NCBI GenBank assembly: GCA_964415025.1
Contig: CAYPXF010000005.1
Coordinates: forward strand, 1,484-65,483
Direction: 5' to 3'
Source of the DNA: an uncultured Gammaproteobacteria bacterium
Lineage (GTDB): Bacteria > Patescibacteriota > Patescibacteriia > UBA10025 > JAHIVO01
DNA: 64,000 nt
How positions within the stretch are numbered: the stretch's first letter is position 1; each line of letters opens with the position of its first letter. Below are positions 9,312-20,800 of the stretch, piece by piece. The notes under the pieces were generated by a model. It did not search any database. It was not told the origin of the DNA and saw only the letters and a list, made by a program, of their open reading frames with translations. A program made the translations under genes and the position numbers.

Positions 9312-11795
9312 ATGTTTCACCATACTAAACAATCACACTATATCATCGCCGGCATCACGGTAATTATCGGCGTGGCGTGTGTTATTATTCCGCAGGCGGT
9401 ACAGGCAGTGTGGCTTGAGCCTGACAGCACGCCGACTAATGAGCAGTTTGACGCGCCGATCACGGCCGGATCGGAGAACCAGACCAAGAAAGGATATATA
9501 GAGCTGGATCCTGATTATTCACCGACCGATGAAACATCGTTTAGTTTTGGACCGGAGCGGCCACTCCATGTGCATGGAGAGGGCGCGCGGTTTGATGTGC
9601 CGACCACATATAGTGATATCCTGACCGTGGATACGGACACACTATATGCCAACGCAATTTACGACTGGGTCAGTATTGGCACCACGGCTATGCGGGATGA
9701 TTATTTGTTTGCCGTCGAGGGCGGCACTGTCCAGATCGGTACTAACGACGAGTCAGTGGCCGGACGCGGGCTAAGCGCCTACAGCAGTGATAGTGTGGGT
9801 ATTTATGCTGATGCCGGCGGCACAGGGACAGCAGGCGTGTATGGCTTGCGTTTACTCGGCAATGGCTTGGGCGTGCGGGGTACGAGCCAGACCGGTGTGG
9901 GCGTGCGCGGCGAAAGCCCGGACGGGTACGGCATCTATGCCGAGACCGCTTCGGCTACTAATGCGGCAGTGTACGGCGAGAACGCTCTGGGCGGCTGGGC
10001 TGGATATTTTGACGGACGATTAGGCAGTGATGCGGACATAGCCGGCGCGCAGTTTTTGAGCACCAAACTTGGCAGTTCGCTCATACCGCAGACATCGGGC
10101 TACAAGGTCGGTACGTACCAAATATCTGACGGGCCGGTATCAGGCGGTATTGCAGATTTAGTGTTTGACGGTACGTATTTATGGGCTACGAATAAATATG
10201 GCACAATCGATGATGAACATGACCGGAATCTTTTCAAAATGCGAGCGTCTGATGGAGAGTTGGTGCAATCATATTATATCGACGAATGGCCTCACCGCAT
10301 GGCGTATGACGGACGCTATTTATGGCTAGGTTATTATCACGGCAACGCGCTCTTCAAGGTCGACCCCCAAACCGGGGAAAAAATGGCAGATTGTTCAACA
10401 GTGCCTTCGCCACGGGATCCGCTGATGTATTGGGGCACGTCTGAATCGCCCGGATTGGCGACTAGTGTTGAGGATGGGGACGTGTATATTTGGACGGCGA
10501 ATGACCGCGGCGGCGATGTGACGAAATTTGATCAAGGCTGTAATCTAGTGGGAGTATATCCGGCCGGTACTACTGGGGAGGGTAATTATGAAAATCGTCT
10601 CAATAGCGATGGCGAACGGTTAAGCGTAAGCAATGCCATCTATGCTGATGAGTATATATGGGTACTCACACCAAATATCTGCCGGGAGGCAGGCGCGACT
10701 CCATCTACAAATCCCTTTATATCAGCATCGGCCATACGGTATTGCAGCGATGACACGCACTGTCCAGCAGGAGATGGCTATGACGGCTGCATAGATCAGC
10801 CTACCCAGCTGGTTAAAATGGATGCCACAACCGGAGTTGTCCTGGACAGCTACGATATCGGCATGACTCATCCAGCACAGATAGTGTTTGACGGCGTATA
10901 TTTATGGATAGCAAATGCCACAGCCCCGGCCAGCCAAACATATATTGCTAAAGTGCGCGCTTCTGACGGTCAGTGGATGGGGTATATTGATGTGCCGAGC
11001 CCGGTGACTGATTTAGTCTTCGACGGCACGTATATCTGGGCATCTGGTAATGGTAATCCCACAGGATCGATGTATCGAATTCCGGCATCTGAAACCGATT
11101 TTAGTAGTCCTGATATCTCCACCTATACTAATACACTCTTGACCGGTTGGTGGGATGGCGATTTAGTGTTTGATGGTACCTATATCTGGCATTTATCACA
11201 GTGTGCAGAAGATCCAAGTGGTCCAGGTTGTTATTCAAATTGTGACGAGTATCCTCCAGGCAGCGGGAATACTAATTGCCCGTTGTCAGTTACTAAGCAT
11301 TTTAGCGGTGCCGGGCCGGGCACTGTAGATACTGGTAGCAGTGTCGTACTGCGCCAGCGCACAGGGGTATGTATGGATCTGTCTCAACCAACGATAGAAA
11401 GTATTTATACAGAGATAGAGTGTGTTTATGATTCGCACTGCCCCAACTCATGGCCCTGCAGCACTCAATATTCTAGTCAGTCCGGCAATATGAATATCAC
11501 TGGCGGCCTGGTTGCCCAGATCGACCATTGCGAGAGCGATGGCACACACTACTACAGCCGTGCTTGTGACGAGGACGCTGACTGCGATGGCCTGACCAAC
11601 GGGCAATGCGTCGGCGGCGGCGGCCGCGTGGGCACTGACGTAAAGGCAGACAATAATGTCTGGGGCGGCACTGATGACGTACAGGCACTGAACGCCGCCG
11701 GCGACACGGCCGTGTGCGCCGCCGGGCAATTTGCCAAGGGACTTACTATTGACAGTAATGGCAAAATTACCCAAATGATTTGCCGGGAATTATAA
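9312..11795 (+). CDS. giant surface protein paralog C (827 aa): same N-terminal module, FDG[TV]Y[LI]W beta-propeller, Cys-rich C-terminal region ending ICREL
   Basis: starts 6 nt after paralog B stop; signal peptide ...AVQA/VW; motifs FDAPITAGSENQTKKGYIELDPD, GIYA/GVYG/GVRG repeats, GWAGYFDGR; C-terminal NVWGGTDDV...C.AGQFAKG...ICREL. Confidence 0.8.
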   Translation: MFHHTKQSHYIIAGITVIIGVACVIIPQAVQAVWLEPDSTPTNEQFDAPITAGSENQTKKGYIELDPDYSPTDETSFSFGPERPLHVHGEGARFDVPTTYSDILTVDTDTLYANAIYDWVSIGTTAMRDDYLFAVEGGTVQIGTNDESVAGRGLSAYSSDSVGIYADAGGTGTAGVYGLRLLGNGLGVRGTSQTGVGVRGESPDGYGIYAETASATNAAVYGENALGGWAGYFDGRLGSDADIAGAQFLSTKLGSSLIPQTSGYKVGTYQISDGPVSGGIADLVFDGTYLWATNKYGTIDDEHDRNLFKMRASDGELVQSYYIDEWPHRMAYDGRYLWLGYYHGNALFKVDPQTGEKMADCSTVPSPRDPLMYWGTSESPGLATSVEDGDVYIWTANDRGGDVTKFDQGCNLVGVYPAGTTGEGNYENRLNSDGERLSVSNAIYADEYIWVLTPNICREAGATPSTNPFISASAIRYCSDDTHCPAGDGYDGCIDQPTQLVKMDATTGVVLDSYDIGMTHPAQIVFDGVYLWIANATAPASQTYIAKVRASDGQWMGYIDVPSPVTDLVFDGTYIWASGNGNPTGSMYRIPASETDFSSPDISTYTNTLLTGWWDGDLVFDGTYIWHLSQCAEDPSGPGCYSNCDEYPPGSGNTNCPLSVTKHFSGAGPGTVDTGSSVVLRQRTGVCMDLSQPTIESIYTEIECVYDSHCPNSWPCSTQYSSQSGNMNITGGLVAQIDHCESDGTHYYSRACDEDADCDGLTNGQCVGGGGRVGTDVKADNNVWGGTDDVQALNAAGDTAVCAAGQFAKGLTIDSNGKITQMICREL

Positions 11796-11800
11796 TTTCC

Positions 11801-14800
11801 ATGGACCAATCAATACGACACAATAATACTTTTTCTAAAATTGTTTTCGCATTATTAAGCATTGCCAGCCTAATAGTGGTTATCGGCCTGCTCTATATTG
11901 TCATGGCCGGTCAGACGCAGGACGCGACTGAAACAGATCCGGAAACAGTACTGGATCCTGCCCTGGCCCAGGAGGTGCGCAATTATGAAATCGTGGACAA
12001 TGGCGACGGTACGCATTCAGCATTGTACGGTGTGGGGCCGATCCAGTATTTGACAAACAATCCGGGCGAGTACGCGGCTATTGATTCGACTATTGTCGAG
12101 TCAGCGCGCGAGGGCGTGGCCTATGAAAATACTACTAATGTTATCAACACCTTTTTCGGCAGTGATGTCACTGATCCGAACTTTATTTCCTACCAAATAC
12201 CGGGTGAGCGCGGCGTCGGTTTTACGTTTCCTGATGCCCAGCAGTCTGCCTGGGCCGTAGCAGAAAATGTAGCCACCTATCCGGAGCTGTATCCGGGCAT
12301 GGACGCGCGGTATACTATCCAAAACGATGTCATGCTGGAGGAATTGATAGTAGACAATAAGGAAGACGCCAGTAATTTTCACCGGCTTGACCAACAGGTC
12401 ACTCTGCATGACGTGTATTTCCGCGAGCAGGATGACGGCTCAATCACGTTCCATGATGCTGATACCAGGCACGCCGTGTTCGTCATACCCCGGCCGGTGC
12501 TGTATGAAGACGGCGATACATTGCGCCAGAACGCGAACTACGGACTGCATTTTGAGATATCGCGAACAGACACTGACACGTATTTAATTTCGAAAGTTAT
12601 TGACGACGGAGGGAAAGAGTGGCTCGAAAAAGCTGACTACCCTATAATTATAGATAATACGTATATTGGTGGATTTAATGCGGCTGTTGGCTCGACTAAG
12701 CGGTATAAGAGAATCGGCGGCGCGAGCTGGTCCTGGAGTATCATGATGGATTCTGGTATATATGGGTACCCTTTTATTACTACAGGAAAATACACAAACG
12801 GCTGTTCATTAGGAAACAGTAGTTGTATACAACATGAATATCATGGACATTATACTTTTCATACGTATGACGTAGGTGCGCCCTATACCCAGGATCAGGT
12901 CGTGGGGGCTCGGTTCCAGGTGTCTATGGTAAGGAGTGATGACGATGGCGAGTATCTCGCTCCGGTGAATGTATATTCTGGGGCAAACGCATGGGATCCA
13001 AATAAATCATTTAGTGAATCTTTTACTGCGGCGGAAATTGAAGACCGCTGGAATGCACTCACCAGCATGCATCAGGAAGTAGATATAGATACTGCCGGAC
13101 TGCCAACCTATACTAATCGCGGGATGTGCTATCCTGGCAGTTCTCCGGAGCAGTGTCGGCGGGTAGTGGACATAGACCTAAATTCTATTGGTATGACCAG
13201 CAGTCAGGATCATACTCAGATAATGTTGGATGCACCATCAGCCTCGTACCTTAATTGTGGGGGGTCAAGCTGTAATGATTTTCATGGAGTTATTAGCTGG
13301 CGGCCAGTATCATCTACTGATATGCCGTATCCTAAGCTGGAGGTGATTTACTATCCTGATCCGACGATCCGTGTGGACCCCATGGCTATTCCTGAGGGTG
13401 AGAAGAAAATGGAAATTCAGATAGATGATGATTTTACGGATGATAGTAGCTACAAATTGGAGCGCTCATTTGACGGGTCAGGCGGACCGTGGACCGAGGT
13501 GTGCAGTAATATTGCTACCGGCGCGAGCGGGACGTGCCAGTCAGGCATCACCTATGACTGTACCGGCATTACCGAGGCAGGCACGTCCGGATACTGTACC
13601 GTGACGGACGATATCAGCGTGTCAGGCGGCGGACCGCGGTATTCTGACAAGCATACCTGGTACCGAGCACGAGTGGTGGGAACATCAGGCTATGTATCTG
13701 ACTATAGCCCGGTGGCGCATGATTATACGTTTGCTTATCCCTATCCAGAGGCTCCGCCAAATTCTGACAGCAGCGAAAGCTGGGATAAAATTAAAATTTG
13801 GGCACCTGGGAGCGGTAATGAATACTCAAACCAGGGTTCATTCTTAACTATTGACCCAGAGCCGACAAAGTATTGCATGGCGACATATACTCCCTCTATG
13901 CTTGGGTGGTACAATCCTCCAACAAACGATTGGCGGTATCATCATCATTCATCAGCAGCGTATTCTGATGTTTGGAACGAATATTCAGAAGGCACATATG
14001 ATGGACGTGATTATATTAATAACAATGACGGCGATAATCTTGCCTGCAAAACAATGGCTCAGTGGATATACTTTGGCGGGTATCCTTATTATAGCATTGG
14101 CGAAGTAGAGGATAGTTATCGTTTACGGCCAAATACATATTATGCTTTTTCCTTTTTATCGCAAAATACCCGTGATGGCACTGTAAATTCCCCTATTGTT
14201 ATGCCGGAGTATGCGCAAACCAGGGCGCGGGTACCGTCTAAACCAATCCAGAATAATGGCATAACAACGCAAAACGCACTGGGATTGGCGCTCGACAGCA
14301 CGCCACAGTATGCCCCGACAGAGTACGTGAATGACCCTAATGGCAATACGACATATGCTATGTATGTCGAGGAACTTAACAGGTATTTTAACTCTGATAC
14401 TGGTACACTGTCATCGTCTGCCGTATGGCGGCGTGAATCTGACTGGGGCGGAGCAGGCGGTATTGCGTACGGTGGTTTTGCTCCGGGGACTTGCTACAGT
14501 ATCAAAGCAAAATCACGCAATGGTGCAAGTATAGAGGGGGAAACACCAGCCCGGATTTGGTCAGATACTGGCCAATACTGTACCAAAATGGCCGTACCTT
14601 CGTTATCCGTGGCTTGCCAATACACTGACGCGGATGACGACTATAATTGCGATATCACCCTGGATGCCAACGGTAATCCAGCCGGCACAGAATACAAGTT
14701 CGAATACTGTTTGCCGGAGAGCGGGAGTAATTGTTCTGCCGGATCTGGTGACTGGCAGGAAATACTCATAGGAGGCAAGGAGTGGAATTCGTATAACCAC

Positions 14801-17800
14801 GGCGATAGTATTAATGTATCTGAAAATACACCTGGATATTCATTTCTGAATTGTGAAGATGCCAACATGAAACAAATGTTCCGTGGCTATGCCAGACGGA
14901 ATAGTTCGTCACCAAGCACTGACCCATCTCCTGCTGCGGAAGACACATTGCCGCCATGCCAGCCGTGGAGTTTAGGCCATGCTAATAATCCTCAATATAG
15001 CAAAATCCAATGGCAATGGTGGGCACCGATTGCCGCTGATTATACTGGTAATCCTGTACATCACTATAATGTGTATGAACCTACATATCTAGCACGCCAT
15101 TGTGACGCGGGTAATGCGAGCGATCTGTACTGTGATAATCCGTTTGATGTGCAAATAGATGATTCGTGCTCCGGGCCGTTTTGCTTATTCTCGTATACCC
15201 AGGAGCAATACCAGCGTATACCAAAGTTTGACAATAACACCCAGTACAGTACGAAGGTGCGCGCGGCAGACAGCCGGGGGCGCTCAGGCAGGCCTTCGGC
15301 AGAAGCATGGGCCTACACTGCTATTGAAACACCGACCGGTATTACCTTTGATGACGTACAGACTGATACGATCGCGCTTAATGGCGACGGGACGTTCAGT
15401 AATTTTTCGATCGGATCGACTGGACTGCAGTTTCAGGAAACCACGTCTCATAACGGCGGCGGTGCTGACAGCGGCGAACTTGGTTTTACGCCGTCCGGGT
15501 GGCTGTCTAACGGCCAAAGCACAACTGACAAAGGACTGGACCAAAATACGAAATACTGCTACCAGGTGCGGGCCCGCAATGCCGAGGGGCACCTGTCGGG
15601 GCCGGGAGATATTACCGGTTTTGTGCCGGCTAGTGCGGAATGCCGGTATACGCTGGCAGGGACGCCGAACATGCCTATCCTGGAGCGTATTGACGGCGAA
15701 ACAATTAATATTACGGTACGTGATACTGATGATAATCCGCACGGCTCGCCAACTGATAATGGCGGAGAGACTCAATATGCCCTGTGTATCACAAAATTCG
15801 ATGATGATAATGTGGTAGAATTCGAAAAATACGTCCGGCCGGACGGGACGATAGATTACGCCGGCGTTGACTGCGCATCTGGAAACGGTACTGGCTATTG
15901 GCAGTCATACGACGGCTGGGGCAATACGGCCGGAGTGACTATCGGTAGTCTAGAAGCGTCCGCCCGGTATGATTTTAAATTCAAGGCGCGCAACGGCGAC
16001 CATATAGAAAACGGCGCTGACAGTTCTGGCTGTACTGCTAATGAGACCTGCATTGAAACAACGTTTGGCCCGGAAGCGACACTGTTCCTGGTGAAGAATA
16101 ACGTAGTCGGCTGGGCCTGGTCGTCTAATAGCGGCTGGATATCGCTGAACTGCCTGAACCAATTTTACGCGGGCGACCAGTACAGCTGTGACAGCGCTGA
16201 TGACTGGGGGCTGAATACTGATTTTGTCGAGGGACGGGACGTGAATCCGATCGAGGGCTATGCCTGGTCTGCGTCCGGACGCGCCATAGACAAAGTATGG
16301 ACAGGCAGCAATATATTAGTAGACTATGCCCTACCGAGCCGCGTACAGCACAGTGCGCGTGCCGGCTCTTTTATCTGGGCTACGGCCGGTGATGCCTTGT
16401 TGCGCATTGACGCGGCCAGTGGCGTGGAATACACGTGCGTCGGCAGTGCCGAGCTGTCTAATGACTGGGAACGCTGTACTTTTGGTGATGATTTGCGCGA
16501 TATAGTCTATGATGGCACCTACCTGTGGGTCAGCTCGTATAATGACAGCATTATCTACCAGGTCAATCCGGTCGACGGCACTGTTGCCGCGGTCGACAGC
16601 GGTTCGATACAGCTCCAGGGGCTGACTACTACACCGCAGGGCATAACATATGACGGTACCTACCTGTGGGTGACTGATCCGACCAATGACCGCGTGCTAC
16701 AGGTCGATCCAGCGGCCGGCAGTGAGGTAGATCAAATTGATGTCGGGGACCAGCCTCAGTATCCGTATTATGACGGTAAATACATATGGGTGGCCAACGC
16801 CGGTGAGACACACAGCGGCCAGGTTTCGCGGATTAGTGTTGCGGATAACACGGTGACATCGATCGATCTTAGCAATGATAACGCGTATGATATTAGTTCA
16901 GATAACGAACATATTTGGATCAGTCATGCGAATACGGAGGTGATAACTATTATTTCTCCGGATGGTTCTGATCAAGCTACTATTAATACCGATGGAGCCG
17001 ATTCCCGTGGTATAGCCTATGCTGATGGCTATATATGGGCGGCTGATCAGGACGCAGATACGATATACCAGATCGATATAGTAAGCAGGGATGTGGTCGC
17101 CGAGCATGAGGTCGGCGGGAATTATGATCCACTGCATATGAGTATTGATGACGCATATATCTGGGCCAGTACGGACGACGGTGAGGTCGGCGGACAGTAT
17201 ATAGCGCTGCAGCGGCTCGAAACCGGTGTATCACCGGATAAGGTCGGCCTGGGCTGGCTGACATACTCGCGCGGCGTCTGCTCTGATAACGCGCAAAAAC
17301 CATGCGACCCTGACCGTAATACCTGCGGCGGTACAGCTACCTGTGAGCCAGCAGCCGGACTGCCGCCAGACAGTACGGCCTATGGCTACTGCTATACAGA
17401 CGGCACGCCAGATGAACGGTACGGATTATGCTCTGTCAATACGGGTGCTGTCTGTACCGACAGCATTGCCTGCCCTGATCCAGAGGAGACGTGTATTTAT
17501 CACACATGCCAGACCGGTGATACCTGTCCGGATTATGGTAGCGGAACAGAGGTATGTGTGGCTATGGCAACCACGAATTTTGACGGGTTAACACGCGAAG
17601 TACGGGGCTATGGCCGCTCGCTGACCATGGCGCAGCGCGGCGCGGCGCTCGGCTTCGATGACTGGGGCTGGATCAGTATGGACGGCACGTATACAGACGA
17701 AGCCGATGCAGTGGCGCGCTACGGCGTTACCGCCACTGACGTGGATTCACAGCTGTTTCTGGGCGATCCTGACGTCAATCCAGACGACGTCATCCTGTAC

Positions 17801-20800
17801 AGCCTATTTGGCTGGGGCTGGAATGCGGAGGTGTCTGATTTTGGGCCGGTATCAACCTGGTTAAATCCGCTTAATGTCAGCAATACGAAAAAAGTAAACC
17901 ATAGTGCCGGTTGGCCGGTTACTGAATCCAGTATTGCCATCGACAGTACTGGTAATCCTCATATTGCCTGGTCACAGTTCAATGAAAATTCTGGATTTAA
18001 TGATATATACCATGTGCGACTGATCGGCGGGCAATGGCAAATGATGGATGGCTCCGTATACCAGCCTGGCGTTAGTGAACCGATTGTGAGTACAGTCACT
18101 AATTCTGGGATGCCGTCTTTAGCGGTCGACAGCAGTAATATTCCGCATCTGGTATGGCAAGAGCAGGAAGGGACCGAGGCTGATATCAGCGGTGGAGAAT
18201 TACAATACTCTACGTGGAACAGCGAAACAAACACCTGGACTGCTATGCAGCAGATAGAAACATCCGGACCCAGCTGTGGCGGCGCTTCACTTGTCATAGA
18301 TGAAGCAAACCGTCCGCATGTAGCATACCGTGTCCATTCGTATGATGATTCTGAAATTTATTATCGTTATTTTAATGGCAGTGACTGGGTAACAGCGAGC
18401 GGTGATACTGGCACAACAGACATAAATGTTAGTAACACGGGATCGCCACATTCGTACCAGCCGCGCTTGGTTTTAAGTGATGAAACAACACAGCGGCCAC
18501 ATATAGTATGGAGAGAACAGGTCGGCGCCGAATATCACATTTATTACCGGCATTGGGACGGCAATGACTGGGTAACAGCGAGCGGTAATACTGGTGATAC
18601 TGACGTATCGGTTAATGGAGACCTTGGCACGGTGTTAGGCATATCGATTGAGGGCGCAAATCCAGACATAGTCCTGTATGCTGATAACCGTCCTGGTATT
18701 ATATGGCGGGATCCGGGCATGGTGCTGTACCGCCAGTGGAATGGCAGTGCCTGGGTAGACGCTAATCCTGACGACGGGGATACTGATGATGATATATGGA
18801 TAAATATTCATGAGGGCAGTGATGTGGAGCACTTGGCGCATTCAGGTAAAACACCGCGGGTTGCTATAGATAGTGATGATCAGCCGCATGTGGTATGGGG
18901 CGATTATCCGTCAGGCGGCGACAGTAGCGGTGATATCAGATACCGCTGGTGGAATGCAAGCGCCGAGGCGGGCAATGGCGCTTGGGTTACCTCGTCCGGA
19001 GATTATACTGTCAGCGGGTCTCATTTTGATGATGATTCGCTGACTATCCATGAATCGCCAAATATAGGCTCGACACTGCCGGATTTTACCATGGATGCTT
19101 TAGGCAACCCTCATGTAATATGGCAAGATGTCCGGTATAAGCTGAATGATGACGCAGCAGAATGTGCGGCAAATGGTGATATTAATTGTATCTGTTCGAG
19201 CCATGCTGATTGCGGCGATCCTGATTATCCGTTTTGCATGACACGAAGTCCGGATAAATACTGCGGTGCTGCTGATGTTAAATACGCTGGCTGGCTGCCC
19301 GGTCGAGTACGCTCGGGTATTGGCTGGGTAGAGTTTATGCCGGTCGGCGCGCTAATCGGCGTGCCCTGGGTACAGACCCTGTACAGCGATATCTATGCCC
19401 AGGAAAATATCGGCCTGGCACCGCCGCCGCGCGGCACGGGTACGTACACGGCCACGTATTTGATCCTGGCCAACGGTGATATCCAGGGTATTCCCAGCTA
19501 TTATACCAGCTCGCAGACTGGCGAGCCGACCAGCGGGTATTATGAACCGGGTCTGGAATCCTTGATCGAGGACGCAGGGTATCCGGTCGGCCGCGACGCG
19601 CTGTCCCAGATCGATGTTGATAATTTGATTGCCGCAAACGATGAGAATAATGCGTACGGCAATCTGGTGCATAATTATGATAATTCCGGCTCGAGCAGTG
19701 TTAATATCAGCCCAGACTTGACTAGCGGACCGCTAAACGGGGAGGTATTCTATTTCCATGATGCAGACAATGGCCTGTATCAAGTCAACGATATTATCCG
19801 CTTTAACAAAGGCGAAAGCCAGATTAACCAGACAGCCGGACACGGTTTAGTAATAATAGACGGCGATCTGGAGATTAATAGCCCAATATATTATGAAAAG
19901 CGGTGTAACGGACTTGCCGGCGAGACAATATGCACGACTAATAACGAGTGTGACAGCGGCGAAGTATGCCGTGCTGTCGAGCTGGATGATGTCAGTGAAA
20001 TGCCGTCAGTAGCCTTTATCGTCCGCGGTAATATTTATGTAAATTCCCAGGTCAATGAACTGGCCGGCGTGTATGTGGCTCTGGATCCTGATACGACTGA
20101 TGAGGTGGATAAAGGTATTATCTACACGAGTCGCAAAGCGCCAATAACACAAACAATCATTGCGAGCGAAGACGATACATCAGTAGACAGTGCGTATACG
20201 AATAGCTCAAGTGCGGACACAGTTTCGTTTGGTCAAAACAGTAGCATTGCCCAGCGCGGGTTCCTGCGCTGGCAGCTCAATGTTCCTGCTGGCGCAGAGA
20301 TACGCAACGCCTACCTGCGCCTGTACGGCGACGGTAATGGTAATGCTACGGATTTCCGGGCCCGTATCTATTTATTAGATACTGCCAACGCTGAACAAGT
20401 ATCGAATGACTTTACCGCTAATCCTAACCAAAGTTTGTTTGACGCTGATACATCGAACAGCGTCAGCTATGATATCAATGAAGATACCTGGGATACTGGC
20501 GGCTGGAATACCAGTCCGGATATTTCCGCGCTGGTGCAGAAATTCGTGAATGAGCCGACGTATGAATCAGGTAATTATATCGGTATAGAATTACGTGAAG
20601 AGGCCGGCGTCGACGGCTGGCGCGGTTTTGAGGCGTATGATGCGGTTGCTGCAAACTATGCTGAATTAGTGGTCGAATATTCGCCGCGGCGGACAGTGTA
20701 CTCTTTAGCAGATATAGACGGTGATGACGCACCGGATGAGCAGAGCGATTACGCGGCCTGGGGCACTGGTTCGGGCACATGTGATCAAAATGATGATGAT

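Noticed and set aside
2587-11795. Diversity-generating retroelement (DGR) hypothesis for the variable giant paralogs
   Set aside because: There is no reverse transcriptase and no near-identical template/variable repeat pair with adenine-specific mismatches. The C-terminal similarity is at protein level only.
11780-11800. TTG start at 11780 for the 3229-aa gene, overlapping the stop of the previous gene
   Set aside because: An in-frame ATG at 11801 sits 6 nt after the upstream stop and precedes the TM helix. The ORF-track start is just the first in-frame alternative codon.
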